From Myxococcales bacterium (GTDB lineage: Bacteria > Desulfobacterota > Binatia > HRBIN30): DNA of 64,000 bases. The stretch lies in NCBI GenBank assembly GCA_037445065.1, contig JBBILD010000005.1:165124-229123 (forward strand), written 5' to 3'. Shown here one piece after another: positions 1 through 10,657 of this stretch. Within the stretch, counting starts at the first letter, position 1, and each line of letters opens with the position of its first letter. The notes beneath the pieces are model-generated. The model ran no database searches. It saw only the letters and a program-made list of their open reading frames with translations, and was not told the DNA's origin. Both the position numbers and the translations under genes were made by a program.

Positions 1-48
1 CTCGCCGGCGAGCCCATCGCCCCACTAGCAAAGGAGAGAGAACCGTGA
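1..48 (+). CDS. 3' end of an upstream gene, possibly the CzcC/TolC-type outer membrane factor of the efflux operon (partial)
   Basis: Frame 1 is open from base 1 (LAGEPIAPLAKEREP) to TGA 46-48, overlapping the GTG start of the next gene (GTGA). Identity is inferred only from operon position. Confidence 0.3.
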   Translation, partial: LAGEPIAPLAKEREP

Positions 49-1250
49 AGTCGGCGCTTGCCGCGCGCCTGCCGCAGCGCTGCCTGGCGCTGCTTCTGCT
101 TGCGGGGGCCATGGTACTGCTCGGCTGCCTCCGCTCGGAAACCCAGCAGAGCACCGCCGGCCGCAGTTCGGATACCATCTACGTCCCGAAAGAAATCCGC
201 GAGCAACTAGGTCTCGAGTTGGTCGCCGTGCAGCGGACGCTCATTGGGAGTCTGGCCCGAGCGCCCGGCACCTTGGAACTCAATGAGAACCGCACGGCAA
301 GAGTTGGTGCCTTCGTTGACGGCAAAGTGGCGGCCGTTCTGACCGACGTGGGGGATCGCGTGCGGCCGGGCCAACCCCTCGCTTACTTGTTCAGCCCGGC
401 CTGGCAGCAGGCCCGTGCAGAACTGCGCAAAGCCGAGGCAGCCGCGGCGGCAGCCCGCCAGGAAGTGTCCTACGCAACCCAAGTATTGGCTCGGGCGCAG
501 CGCTTGTTCCACGCTGGTGCGGTATCGCGCCAGGAAGTCGAGAAGGCAGCACTCGACCGCTTCGTTGCGCAGCAGAACCTCGCCGCTGCCCGGGCCGAGC
601 TCGCGCGTGCTAGGCAACAGGTACGCCAGCTCTCTGGGGCAGGCCCAGCCGTTCAGGAAGATGCTGACTGGCTGGTCGTTGCCAGCCCGCAAGCAGGAGT
701 CGTGATCGAGCGCCATGTAAACCTAGGCTCATCTGTGACTACCGGAGCCCTCCTATTTGTGGTCAGCGACCTCACCGAACTCTGGCTGGTCGCCGAAATC
801 CCGGAGGCGGAACTGGCGCGCTTCCAGGGTGGCTCCACCGTGACCTTTCGGGTGGCCGCCTATCCGGATGAACAATTCACGGCACAAATCGAGCGCATTG
901 GGGACACGCTCGATCCGCACACGCGCCGTGCACGTGTGCGCTGTAAGGTGCCGAATCCTGATTTCCGGCTCAAGCCCCACATGTTCGCCACGCTCGAGCT
1001 AGGTCGGGCGGAGCAACGAGAGGCAACCGTGGTGCCCGACTCCGCAGTGCAAGAGGTGGAAGGCGTCTCGGTCGTATTCGTGGCGGAGGGCGCCGATCGG
1101 TTTCGCCGACAACCGGTCGAAGTCGGCCAGACCCACAACGGCCTCACCGAAATTCGCAGCGGGCTGGAACCCGGGGAAACCGTGGTCGGCAACGGTAGCT
1201 TCCTTCTCAAGTCCGGGCTGGTGCTGCAGGCGAACCCTGAGGACCACTAA
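45..1250 (+). CDS. czcB: CzcB/CusB-family efflux RND periplasmic adaptor (membrane fusion protein)
   Basis: N-terminal hydrophobic/lipobox-like segment (MVLLGC), lipoyl half-motif (VDGKVAAVLTDVGDRV..GQPL), coiled-coil hairpin, IGDTLDPHTR and LKPHMF motifs; AAGGAG RBS; TAATG overlap with the next gene. Confidence 0.88.
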   Translation: MKSALAARLPQRCLALLLLAGAMVLLGCLRSETQQSTAGRSSDTIYVPKEIREQLGLELVAVQRTLIGSLARAPGTLELNENRTARVGAFVDGKVAAVLTDVGDRVRPGQPLAYLFSPAWQQARAELRKAEAAAAAARQEVSYATQVLARAQRLFHAGAVSRQEVEKAALDRFVAQQNLAAARAELARARQQVRQLSGAGPAVQEDADWLVVASPQAGVVIERHVNLGSSVTTGALLFVVSDLTELWLVAEIPEAELARFQGGSTVTFRVAAYPDEQFTAQIERIGDTLDPHTRRARVRCKVPNPDFRLKPHMFATLELGRAEQREATVVPDSAVQEVEGVSVVFVAEGADRFRRQPVEVGQTHNGLTEIRSGLEPGETVVGNGSFLLKSGLVLQANPEDH

Positions 1251-4200
1251 TGGGTTGGCTCGAACGGCTGGTGGCCCGCACGTTCGATCATCCAGCATTG
1301 GTCTGGGGCGCGGTCCTGGCATTGATTGCCTTTGGGCTGGTTTCTTGGCGGGGTTTGAGTGTCGAGGCGTTTCCAGACCTCACCAACCAGCAGGTCGTTA
1401 TCGCCACAGAAGCCCCTGGCTTAGCTGCCGACGATGTGGCGCAGTGGATCACCTTCCCGATCGAGGCCGCAGTCATGGGAATCCCGGGTACGGAGCAGGT
1501 TCGCTCGACCTCGAAATTCGGCCTGTCCCTCGTGACGGTGGTCTTCGAGGACCGTGTCCCGATCTACTTCGCTCGGCAACAAGTTGCGGAGCGCTTGAAC
1601 GAGGTGCGTGGCCGGCTCCCCGCCGGCTTCTCGCCCACCCTGGGGCCTGTCGCCACTCCCTTTGGCGAGGTTTATCAGTACTTGGTCGAGGGTCCCCTGG
1701 ACCCGATGGCCCGGAAGACCCTGCAAGACTGGGACGTCCGGCTGCGCCTACGCAGTGTTGCCGGGGTCAGCGAAGTCAACTCTTGGGGTGGCTTTAGCCA
1801 GTGCTTGGAGGTCACGGTGGATCCCCGCCGCCTCGAAGCTTTCCAGCTTCCCTTCGATGCTGTACTGGCGGCAGTCCGCAACAACAATGCCGCTTTCGGG
1901 GGCGGCTTCCTCGAACATCGTGCCGAACGCCTCACCTTGCGCGGACGCGGTATGCTGCACGGCCTCAAAGATCTCGAGCAAGTCGTCCTACACAGCCACG
2001 CCGGTGTTCCCATTTTGCTGGGCGACGTAGCTGAGATTCGCACTGGGGCCATGCCGCGCCATGGGGCGGTGACGCGCGATGGCCAAGGCGAGACCGTCTC
2101 AGGCATGGTCATCCTGCTCAAAGGAGAGAACGCTGCCGCCGCCACCCAACGGGTCAAGAAACGGGTGGCGGAGATCAACGCTACCCTGCCCTCCGGCGTC
2201 CGAATCGAGCCGTTTTACGACCAATCGGAGATCATCCAACGTACCAGCGCGACGGTGCGCAAGAACCTGCTCGAAGGATGTGCGCTCGTCGTGCTGGTGC
2301 TGGTGGTCTTCCTGCGCGACTGGCGCGCCGCTCTGCTGGTCGCTTCCGTGATTCCTCTGGCGCTGCTGTGCGGCTTTTCCAGTATGTTCCTCTTCGGCAT
2401 TTCGGCCAACTTGATGTCGCTCGGCGCCATTGACTTCGGGTTGATCGTGGATGGCGCTGTGGTGATGACAGAGAATCTCGTGCGGCGGCGTACGCAACAC
2501 CTCGGCGGTGAGTGGCGCGCGGTGTGCAGAGCGGCCGCTGCCGAGGTCGCGCGCCCGGTCACCTTTGGTGTGCTGATTCTGTTTTCTGCCTACTTGCCGA
2601 TCCTCACTTTGGAAGGAATCGCTGGAAAGTTGTATCGCCCGATGGCGCTTACCGTGTGCAGCGCCATCCTCGGAGCTCTCCTCTTGTCACTGACAGCGAT
2701 TCCTGTCGCCGGCCAAAAGCTGCTGGCGCGCGCCTCGCTACAGGACCACGAGCGCGAGGCTGCCTGGTTCCTTTGGCTGCAAACGCGGTACGAGCGAATC
2801 CTTCACTGGGTGCTCGAGCACCGCCGCAGGGTGTGGGCTGTGGCCCTGGCGCTGGTCACAAGCGGGCTCGCCTCCCTTCCCTTTTTGGGCACCGATTTCA
2901 TGCCCAAACTGGACGAAGGCTCGATCCTCATCCAGACACGTCTCATGCCGTCGGTGAGCCTGGAAGAATCGGTCCGCTTTTTTACCCGGGTGGAAAAAAT
3001 CGTTCTTTCGTTCCCGGAGGTAAAGCGGGTGGTGAGCAAGATCGGGCGTCCGGACATCGCCACCGAAGCCATGGGTGTGTACGAAGGTGACATGTACGTT
3101 CTCCTCCAACCTGAAGAGAAGTGGCAGCGACGCAGTAAGGACGAGCTGCTGGACGCCCTCGCCGGGGCGCTGGCTACGATCCCTGGCGCCTCGTTCAATT
3201 TTACTCAGCCGATGGCCATGCGCCTCGATGAAGTGATCTCAGGGATCAAGGGTGACGTAGCCGTGAAGATTTTTGGGCCCGACCCCAAGGAGCTGCAGCG
3301 CTTGGCTCAGGCCGTTGCCCAAGTGCTGGAACAAGTCCCCGGCGTGGCCGACCTACGCGCAGAGCTGATTTCCGGAGCGCGGGAACTCAGCATCGCGCTC
3401 GACCGCTCGGCGATGGCCCGCTTCGGCGTGAGCGTCGAGCAGGTGCGAGCCATCGTGGAGGCCGCCTCGGGGGGCACTGTGGTGACCGAAGTTCTGGATG
3501 GCACCCGGCGCTTCCCGGTAGTGGTTCGTCTTCCGGCGGAGTACCGCAGGGAGCCGCAAGCCCTCGCACAGCTTCCCCTGCAAGCTCCCGGCGGCGAGCG
3601 CTTTTTGTTGGGACAAATCGCCCGGATCGAAACGTCGGAGGCTCCTGAGGCCGTTTATCGGGAAGACGGGCAGCGGCGGATTGTCGTGCAGGCGAACGTA
3701 CGCGGGCGGGACCTCGGAAGCTTTGTTCAGGAGGCGCACGAACGTATTGCTCGCTCGGTTTCCCTGCCTCCCGGCTACTACCTGCGCTGGGGCGGGCAGT
3801 TCGAGAACCAGGAGCGGGCCATGCGACGACTCGCAATCGTGGTACCGATCGCGCTCAGCGCAATTGCTTTGCTCCTCTACAACACGTTCGGTAACGTTCG
3901 CCACGCGCTGGTCGTGCTGGTCGGGATTCCGTTCGGCCTCATTGGCGGGATCGGTGCGCTCTGGGTGCGCGGCCTGCATCTGAACCTCGCTGCCTCGGTC
4001 GGTTTCCTTGCTCTGTTTGGCGTTGCCGTACTGAACGGCGTGGTCCTGATCAGCGCCATCAACCGCTTGCGTGCAGCGGGCGACTCGCTCCGCCAGGCAA
4101 CCACCCGCGGGGCGAGCCAGCGCCTGAAGCCGGTACTGATGACCGCGTTGGTGGCCGCCTTCGGCTTTCTTCCCATGGCGTTGTCTCGCAGCGCCGGCGC

Positions 4201-4330
4201 GGAGATCCAGCGGCCGCTGGCCAGCGTGGTCATCGGCGGTGTGTTTTCTTCGATGATTCTCACGTTACTGGTTTTGCCCTCGCTGTATGAGTGGGTGGAG
4301 CAACGCAGGCAAGCGAAGGAGCAACGGTAA
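1250..4330 (+). CDS. czcA: CzcA/CusA-family heavy-metal efflux RND permease
   Basis: 1026 aa; LSVEAFPDL, SLGAIDFGLIVDGAVV (HME RND motif), FMPKLDEG, RLKPVLMTALVA, AEIQRPLASVVIGG. Confidence 0.93.
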   Translation: MGWLERLVARTFDHPALVWGAVLALIAFGLVSWRGLSVEAFPDLTNQQVVIATEAPGLAADDVAQWITFPIEAAVMGIPGTEQVRSTSKFGLSLVTVVFEDRVPIYFARQQVAERLNEVRGRLPAGFSPTLGPVATPFGEVYQYLVEGPLDPMARKTLQDWDVRLRLRSVAGVSEVNSWGGFSQCLEVTVDPRRLEAFQLPFDAVLAAVRNNNAAFGGGFLEHRAERLTLRGRGMLHGLKDLEQVVLHSHAGVPILLGDVAEIRTGAMPRHGAVTRDGQGETVSGMVILLKGENAAAATQRVKKRVAEINATLPSGVRIEPFYDQSEIIQRTSATVRKNLLEGCALVVLVLVVFLRDWRAALLVASVIPLALLCGFSSMFLFGISANLMSLGAIDFGLIVDGAVVMTENLVRRRTQHLGGEWRAVCRAAAAEVARPVTFGVLILFSAYLPILTLEGIAGKLYRPMALTVCSAILGALLLSLTAIPVAGQKLLARASLQDHEREAAWFLWLQTRYERILHWVLEHRRRVWAVALALVTSGLASLPFLGTDFMPKLDEGSILIQTRLMPSVSLEESVRFFTRVEKIVLSFPEVKRVVSKIGRPDIATEAMGVYEGDMYVLLQPEEKWQRRSKDELLDALAGALATIPGASFNFTQPMAMRLDEVISGIKGDVAVKIFGPDPKELQRLAQAVAQVLEQVPGVADLRAELISGARELSIALDRSAMARFGVSVEQVRAIVEAASGGTVVTEVLDGTRRFPVVVRLPAEYRREPQALAQLPLQAPGGERFLLGQIARIETSEAPEAVYREDGQRRIVVQANVRGRDLGSFVQEAHERIARSVSLPPGYYLRWGGQFENQERAMRRLAIVVPIALSAIALLLYNTFGNVRHALVVLVGIPFGLIGGIGALWVRGLHLNLAASVGFLALFGVAVLNGVVLISAINRLRAAGDSLRQATTRGASQRLKPVLMTALVAAFGFLPMALSRSAGAEIQRPLASVVIGGVFSSMILTLLVLPSLYEWVEQRRQAKEQR

Positions 4331-4387
4331 GTTGGCAGGCGAGGTGGATCGAGCGGGCTCCCGGCTGCACGCCTATTCCCGGTGACC

Positions 4388-6856
4388 ATGGCACCGCTTC
4401 ACTCCCCTCAGTCGAGCCCGGAGCACCAGTACCCGGCGATTGTTCGGGTCGTTCTCCTACCTCCGCGCGGTCGGCTCGATCTCCTGGACTATGGCGTCCC
4501 CGCAGAACTTGCCGGACAAATCAAACCCGGCATGCGCGTGCTCGTCCCCCTCGGACCCCGGCACGTCGTGGGGCTTGTTGCCGAGCTTGTCAGCGAGAGC
4601 GAGGTCTCGCCACTGCGCCCAGTGGACGCACTGGTTGATCCAGATGGGCCGGTCCTCGATGGTGAGACGCTGGCTCTCTGCCGCTGGATGGCAGAGTATT
4701 ACTTGGGGACCCTCGCCGGGGCGGTAGCCACTGCGCTGCCTCGTCCGCTCAAAGTACGACTGGAGCGGTACCTTGAGCGAGGTCCAGCCGCCGAGCAGCC
4801 TCTCAAAGGACCATTGGAAGACTTGCGTCTGCGGCTCGTCCCGCTGCTGCCCGCATCGTTTGCGACCCTACGCCGAGAAGTGCGGGCACTGGGCCTGCGC
4901 GAGTTGCGGGCACTCGCCCGCTCGAACGTAATCCTGATACGCGACCGCTTGCGCGCCGAGCCGCGTCGTTTCCTCCCTGGCGAGCGCCGCTATCAGGTCG
5001 CCCCGCTGTCGGCGGCGCAGGCTCCGGAGGCACTCGGCCGCAGCAAGGCGCTGCTTGCCGTGTTGGAGTATGTGCGCTCGCACCCTCTTGGCAGTGCCAC
5101 GCACGAAGAACTCGAAGCCACCTTCCCCAATGCGAGTGCGAAGATCCAGCGCCTCTTGAAGGCGGGCCTGCTCTCCTGCACGACGGCCTGGCAGCCAGCC
5201 GTGACCGTATCGCAGCTCGAGGCGAAGAGCCCGCCCGCGCAGCTCAACCATGCGCAGCAAGCCGCTCTCGACGCCATCGTTCAGAGTCTCGATCACGGTT
5301 TCCGGCCTTTCCTTCTCTGGGGAGTCACCGGGAGTGGCAAAACAGAAGTGTATCTGCGCGCAATCAGCGCCTGCCTCGCGCGAGGCCGCTCCGCCCTCGT
5401 ACTGGTTCCCGAAATCTCGCTCACTCACCAACTCGCTCGCCAGCTCCAGGCCCGCTTCGGGGAACAGGTAGCCGTCCTGCACAGTGGTCTCTCCGATCAA
5501 GAACGGTGGCGGGAATGGAGGCGCGCTGCCTCCGGCAACGTGCGTGTGGTGGCCGGCGCCCGCTCTGCGGTATTCGCGCCCTTGCCGTCGCTCGGGCTGG
5601 TGGTCGTGGATGAGGAACACGACCCCGCCTACAAGCAGGAGGAAGGGCTCCGCTACCACGCTCGCGATGTTGCGGTGATGCGCGCCAAGCTCAACCACTG
5701 CCCCGTCGTGCTGGTTTCCGCCACCCCCTCCCTCGAATCGTTCCACAATGCGCGCACCGGGCGCTACCGCCTGTTATCTCTCCCCCAACGCGTGCAGCAG
5801 CGCCCCATGCCGCGCGTGGAAATCGTGGACCTCCGCGGCCGCGGCAGCGCGGCACGAGGTCTGCCCTTGAGCCGTACGCTGATTGCTGCCTTGCGAGCGA
5901 ATCTGGCTGCCGAGCAGCAGAGCCTGCTGTTTCTCAACCGCCGTGGCTTCGCTCGCGTGCTGCAGTGCGTGAGCTGCGGCGCTTCCTTCTCTTGCCCGAA
6001 CTGTACCGTAAACCTCACCTACCACCGCCAGAGTTCGGCCTTGCGCTGCCACTACTGCAATTTCACGCGCCCCGTACCGGAGCGCTGCCCCCAGTGCCAC
6101 GCCGAGCAAATCGCTGCCTGGGGCGCAGGAACGGAACACTTGGAAACAGAACTAAAGCGAATCCTGGGTGGCGCGAACGTAGCTCGCCTGGACCGCGACA
6201 TCGCGGGGCGGCGCGGTGCCGTGGCGCGCCTGCTGGCGGATTGGGAGGCCGGCAGCCACGACGTCCTGGTCGGCACACAAATGATTGCGAAAGGGCATGA
6301 CGTGCACGGGGTCACGCTAGTCGGCGTGCTGCTCGCTGACCTCTCGCTCCATCTCCCGGACTTCCGCGCCAACGAGCGGACCTTCCAGTTGCTTGCCCAG
6401 GTGGCCGGTCGCGCCGGCCGCGGGGAACGACCCGGGAGGGTGATCGTGCAAACGTTTGTACCCGAACACCCTGTGCTGCGCTTCACCGTGGAGCACGACT
6501 ATCAGGGGTTTGCGCTGAGTGAACTCGCCTTGCGCGCGGAGGCCCGCTACCCGCCCTTCACCCGTCTCGTTCTGCTGCGCTGCGAGGCCCAACAGCTCAA
6601 AGGGGCAGAACGCGCTGCAAAAGCCCTGGCCGAATTTTTGTGCGGGCAAGAAGCCAAAGGAGTCGAGGTGCTCGGCCCCAGTCCGGCTCCCTTGGAGCGG
6701 CTGCGCGGCTATTTTCGCTGGCACGTCCTCGTGCGCTCGGCGCACGGCCGGCGGGCGCGCGATCTCGTGCGCTTGGCCCTGCAGTCCGTTCGCCCGCAAT
6801 TGGAGCGCAATAAGGTCCGGGTGGTCGTAGATGTGGATCCGCAGTCGACGCTTTGA
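4388..6856 (+). CDS. priA: Primosomal protein N' (replication restart helicase)
   Basis: GVTGSGKTEVY Walker A, VVDEEHD, SATPS, four CxxC zinc motifs (CVSC, CPNC, CHYC, CPQC), QVAGRAGR, C-terminal VDVDP. Start may be 4382. Confidence 0.96.
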   Translation: MAPLHSPQSSPEHQYPAIVRVVLLPPRGRLDLLDYGVPAELAGQIKPGMRVLVPLGPRHVVGLVAELVSESEVSPLRPVDALVDPDGPVLDGETLALCRWMAEYYLGTLAGAVATALPRPLKVRLERYLERGPAAEQPLKGPLEDLRLRLVPLLPASFATLRREVRALGLRELRALARSNVILIRDRLRAEPRRFLPGERRYQVAPLSAAQAPEALGRSKALLAVLEYVRSHPLGSATHEELEATFPNASAKIQRLLKAGLLSCTTAWQPAVTVSQLEAKSPPAQLNHAQQAALDAIVQSLDHGFRPFLLWGVTGSGKTEVYLRAISACLARGRSALVLVPEISLTHQLARQLQARFGEQVAVLHSGLSDQERWREWRRAASGNVRVVAGARSAVFAPLPSLGLVVVDEEHDPAYKQEEGLRYHARDVAVMRAKLNHCPVVLVSATPSLESFHNARTGRYRLLSLPQRVQQRPMPRVEIVDLRGRGSAARGLPLSRTLIAALRANLAAEQQSLLFLNRRGFARVLQCVSCGASFSCPNCTVNLTYHRQSSALRCHYCNFTRPVPERCPQCHAEQIAAWGAGTEHLETELKRILGGANVARLDRDIAGRRGAVARLLADWEAGSHDVLVGTQMIAKGHDVHGVTLVGVLLADLSLHLPDFRANERTFQLLAQVAGRAGRGERPGRVIVQTFVPEHPVLRFTVEHDYQGFALSELALRAEARYPPFTRLVLLRCEAQQLKGAERAAKALAEFLCGQEAKGVEVLGPSPAPLERLRGYFRWHVLVRSAHGRRARDLVRLALQSVRPQLERNKVRVVVDVDPQSTL

Positions 6857-6961
6857 GTGCTCCCCCACCTCCACAGACGGGCCGAACTCGAGGACTTGTA
6901 CGCGAGGAGCTGCGGAAGGCGCCCTTGATCTCGGACTACTGCCTTCCCTACGTTGGCGTGC

Positions 6962-7507
6962 ATGGCACGGCGAACCATCCTGACATATCCCAGCGACGCC
7001 TTAGCAAGGCCGTCGCAACCAGTACGAAACATTGACGGCCGCATTGCCGAGCTGGCGGCGGACATGGCCGAAACCATGTACGCTGCCCCAGGGATCGGCT
7101 TGGCCGCACCTCAGGTGGGAGTGAACGAGCGGGTGATTGTGGTGGACATTGGCACGGACGAGCCGGGCAAACAACTCATCCAACTCGTCAACCCGCAAAT
7201 TGTCGAGCGCGAAGGAACGATCGTATTCGAAGAGGGGTGCCTGAGCGTGCGCAACTTCACCGCCGAGGTGCAGCGGGCGCGCAAGGTGTTGGTGCGTGGC
7301 TGGACACTCGAAGAACGAGAGGTGGAAATCGAAGCAGACGGTCTGTTTGCCGTCGCCTTGCAGCATGAGATTGACCATCTCGATGGCAAGCTGTTCATCG
7401 ACCGCATCGGCCGCTTGCGGCGTGACCTCTATAAGCGCAAACTCAAACGCTGGCTCCGCGAAGGGTTCCCAGAGGAGCCACGAGAACGCTCGACCACCGG
7501 CCTGTGA
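6962..7507 (+). CDS. def: Peptide deformylase
   Basis: GIGLAAPQVG, EGCLS and QHEIDHLDG motifs; start placed at ATG 6962 (MARRTILTYP). Confidence 0.97.
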   Translation: MARRTILTYPSDALARPSQPVRNIDGRIAELAADMAETMYAAPGIGLAAPQVGVNERVIVVDIGTDEPGKQLIQLVNPQIVEREGTIVFEEGCLSVRNFTAEVQRARKVLVRGWTLEEREVEIEADGLFAVALQHEIDHLDGKLFIDRIGRLRRDLYKRKLKRWLREGFPEEPRERSTTGL

Positions 7508-8472
7508 GTCGCCCGCCATCTGCGTGCGCCGAAACGCTGCCCAGGCGCGTCGTTTTTTTTGGCACCCCAGAATTCGCCGTACCCAGCCTGCAGGCGCTGC
7601 ACCGCGCAGGGTACGAAATCGCACTGGTGGTCTCGCAGCCCGACAAGCCGGCTGGACGCGGACAAAAACTCGCTGCCACGCCGGTTAAAGCCGCGGCTGG
7701 CTGTTTGCACCTCCCGGTCTTCCAGCCTCCCAGCTTGCGGAGCCCAGAGGTCGTCGCGCACTTAGCGCAATTCGGCGCCGATCTATTCGTGGTGGCGGCC
7801 TACGGAAAGATCTTTCCGCGATCGGTGCTGGAGCTGCCGCAAAGAGGCTGTGTCAACGTGCACGCCTCTCTGCTTCCGCGCTACCGAGGCGCAGCACCGA
7901 TTCAGTGGGCGATCCTCAACGGAGACAGCGAAACCGGCGTCACTATTATGCTCATGACGGAGGAAATGGATGCTGGCCCAGTGCTTTTGCAGCGGCGCGT
8001 GTCAATCGGTGCAGAGGAGACGTACGGCGAGTTACAACAGCGCCTGGCTGTGCTTGGCGCCAGCGCCTTGCTCGAAGCGTTGGGCGGGTGGCTAGCGGGC
8101 AGCTTGCAGCCCCAGGAACAAGACCCCTCCCTGGTCACTTTCGCCCCACTCATCCGCAAGGAGCACGGGCGCATCTGGTGGACCTCCCCAGCGGAGTTCA
8201 TTTGTCGGCAAGTCCGCGCCCTCCATCCTTGGCCGGGTGCCTTCTTTTTTTGGCGCGACCGCCTCATCAAAGTGCACCGCGCTCGCGTCAGCGAGGAGGA
8301 GCGACCCGGACTTCCTGCTGGGGCGGTGATCATCGCCCGAGAGCGCCTCGTCGTGCAGACAGGTGCGGGCGCCACCGAGCTGCTCGAATTGCAAATGGAA
8401 GGGCGCCGGCGCCTGCCGGCCAAGGACTTCCTCGCTGGGCAAGGGCTCAGGCCAGGGGAGGTCTTGAACTAA
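7504..8472 (+). CDS. fmt: Methionyl-tRNA formyltransferase
   Basis: FFGTPEFA, SQPDKPAGRG, NVHASLLPRYRGAAPIQ, MDAGP; follows def. Confidence 0.97.
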   Translation: MSRPPSACAETLPRRVVFFGTPEFAVPSLQALHRAGYEIALVVSQPDKPAGRGQKLAATPVKAAAGCLHLPVFQPPSLRSPEVVAHLAQFGADLFVVAAYGKIFPRSVLELPQRGCVNVHASLLPRYRGAAPIQWAILNGDSETGVTIMLMTEEMDAGPVLLQRRVSIGAEETYGELQQRLAVLGASALLEALGGWLAGSLQPQEQDPSLVTFAPLIRKEHGRIWWTSPAEFICRQVRALHPWPGAFFFWRDRLIKVHRARVSEEERPGLPAGAVIIARERLVVQTGAGATELLELQMEGRRRLPAKDFLAGQGLRPGEVLN

Positions 8473-8487
8473 CCGCGTTGACCGGGG

Positions 8488-9882
8488 ATGGAACGGAACG
8501 CGAGCAAGAACAGACCGGTACCCCAAGCCGATGCTCGCCGAGTCGCTTGGCGAATTCTGCAAGCGGTGGAGGAGGGCGGTTACGCCGACGCGCTGCTCGG
8601 CAACGAGTTCCGCCGCGGTCGCCTCGCCCGCCCGGATCGAGCCCTTGTCACGCGGCTGGTGTACGGCACCCTAGCCTACCAACTCTACCTGGATCACCTC
8701 CTCGCCGGTTTCAGTGCCATTCCCTTGCATGAGCTGGAGCTACCCATCCGCGTGTTGTTGCGCATGGCGTTGTTCCAAGCCGTCAAACTCTCTCGGATTC
8801 CGCAGTTTGCCGCCGTAGCTACAGCGGTCGAACTCGCTAAATCCTATCGCCACGGAAAAGCGGTCGGTTTTGTGAATGCGGTTCTTCGCCGCGCCGTAGA
8901 GGGCTGGCGCCACGTACCGCTACCGGCGCGGGACCGCGACCCGGCTGGCTATTTGTCCGTGCGCTGGTCGCACCCGCGCTGGCTCGTCCAACGATGGCTG
9001 GAAGAGTACGGCCCGGAGGAGACCGAAGCCCTGCTCGCTGCAAACAACGAGTCGGCACCGACCGGGCTCCGCGTCAACCGCTTGCGCACTTCCCGCGCAG
9101 CGCTGGTTGCCCAATGGAAACCCGAGTGGGGAGAGCTGCGAGAATGCGGCTATTCGCCGGACGCTTTGGAACTTACGGGCGGCGACCCGCTCGCCCCACC
9201 ACCATACGCTGCAGGAGATTACAGCGTACAGAGCGAGGCAGCACAACTGATCGGCTTTCTGGTCGGGCCGCGCCCGGGAGAGCGCATCCTCGACGCCTGT
9301 GCCGCACCGGGAGGGAAGACTTGCCAGTTGGCGGAACTCATGGGCGACGAGGGAGAAATCGTTGCCCTCGATGCCAATCACCGCGGCGTCGAGCGGATTC
9401 GCACCGAAGCGGCGCGGCTCGGCCTCACTTCGGTTCGTGCCGAGTGCGCCGATGCGCGCTCCTGGCAGAGCGCCGGGATGACCTTCCACCGCGTGCTCGT
9501 TGACGCTCCATGCTCCGGACTCGGCACGCTCCGCTCCCATCCGGAGATTCGCTGGCGCCGCTCGCCAGCGGACTTCCCATCGTTCGCTGCCCTCCAGCTC
9601 GAACTGCTCCACGCCTGCGCACGCTGGCTCGAGCCGGGCGGCACTCTCGTGTACGCCACCTGTACCCTGTGCCGTAGTGAGAACGAGGTAGTCGTCGAGC
9701 AGTTTCTCAGGGAGAGCGGACGCTTCGTCCTCGAGGACCCGCGGCCAGCTCTGCCGCCGCCGGCGCAAGGGCTCGTGGGGGCAGACGGCTTTCTCCGTAC
9801 GTGGCCCCATCGCCACGGACTCGACGGCTTCTTTGCTGCGCGGTTGCGCCACCTCGGGGCTGGCGATATCGTGCGCAAGTGA
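8488..9882 (+). CDS. rsmB: 16S rRNA m5C967 methyltransferase (RsmB/Sun)
   Basis: NusB-like N-terminal domain (GFVNAVLR), ILDACAAPGGKT, VLVDAPCSGLG, YATCT, DGFF. Confidence 0.95.
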   Translation: MERNASKNRPVPQADARRVAWRILQAVEEGGYADALLGNEFRRGRLARPDRALVTRLVYGTLAYQLYLDHLLAGFSAIPLHELELPIRVLLRMALFQAVKLSRIPQFAAVATAVELAKSYRHGKAVGFVNAVLRRAVEGWRHVPLPARDRDPAGYLSVRWSHPRWLVQRWLEEYGPEETEALLAANNESAPTGLRVNRLRTSRAALVAQWKPEWGELRECGYSPDALELTGGDPLAPPPYAAGDYSVQSEAAQLIGFLVGPRPGERILDACAAPGGKTCQLAELMGDEGEIVALDANHRGVERIRTEAARLGLTSVRAECADARSWQSAGMTFHRVLVDAPCSGLGTLRSHPEIRWRRSPADFPSFAALQLELLHACARWLEPGGTLVYATCTLCRSENEVVVEQFLRESGRFVLEDPRPALPPPAQGLVGADGFLRTWPHRHGLDGFFAARLRHLGAGDIVRK

Positions 9883-10574
9883 TCCGAATCGCCGCTTCCA
9901 TTCTTTCAGCGGATTTCGCTCGCCTGGGAGAAGAAGTGCGTGCTGTCACTGCCGCCGGGGCAGACTGGATCCACCTCGACGTGATGGATGGTCACTTCGT
10001 ACCCAATCTCACGATCGGTCCCGACGTAGTGCGCGCGGTGCGAAAAAACACCCACCTCCCGTTGGACACCCATCTCATGATCGACAACCCCGGCGACTTT
10101 CTCGAACCCTTTGCGCGGGCCGGATCGAACTGGATCACCGTTCACATCGAAGTATGCCCGGAGCCCCGCGCGGTCATCGCCGAGATGCGCCGCCTCGGTG
10201 TGCGGCCGGGACTCGTGATCAACCCCGAGACGCCCCTGGAAGCAGCTTTGCCGTTCCTGAGCCAAATTGACTTGCTCCTGTTGATGAGCGTGCACCCGGG
10301 CTTCGCAGCGCAAGCGTTCATCCCTTCCACACTGGACAAGATCAGCGCGGCCCAAGCCCACCGGGTACGCCACGGCCTTCAATTTCTCATCGAGGTGGAC
10401 GGCGGGATCAAAGTAGAGAACGCGGCACAAGTCGCGGCCGCGGGCGCGGACGTGCTGGTTTCCGGTTCGGGAATTTTTTCCACCCAGGATTACACGGCCA
10501 CCATTGGCGCCATGCGGGCAGCCGCGGCGGCAGCCCTGCGGACCGGCAGACAGGGGACCGAAGACGCGCCATAA
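9879..10574 (+). CDS. rpe: Ribulose-phosphate 3-epimerase
   Basis: IAASILSADF, HLDVMDGHFVPN, EVDGGI; GTG start overlaps the rsmB stop (GTGA). Confidence 0.96.
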   Translation: MIRIAASILSADFARLGEEVRAVTAAGADWIHLDVMDGHFVPNLTIGPDVVRAVRKNTHLPLDTHLMIDNPGDFLEPFARAGSNWITVHIEVCPEPRAVIAEMRRLGVRPGLVINPETPLEAALPFLSQIDLLLLMSVHPGFAAQAFIPSTLDKISAAQAHRVRHGLQFLIEVDGGIKVENAAQVAAAGADVLVSGSGIFSTQDYTATIGAMRAAAAAALRTGRQGTEDAP

Positions 10575-10584
10575 GGTCGGTTTG

Positions 10585-10620
10585 TTGCAAAATGACCGCC
10601 CTATGTTATCACCGCCGCCG
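10585..10620 (+). promoter_or_regulatory. Putative sigma70 promoter of tRNA-Pro
   Basis: TTGCAA (10585-90), 16-nt spacer, TG-n-TATCAC extended -10 (10604-12), then GC-rich discriminator CGCCGCCG typical of stable-RNA promoters. Confidence 0.55.
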
Positions 10621-10657
10621 TTTGTTTTGACCCGCTTCTCCAATTCCGAGTGCGTGC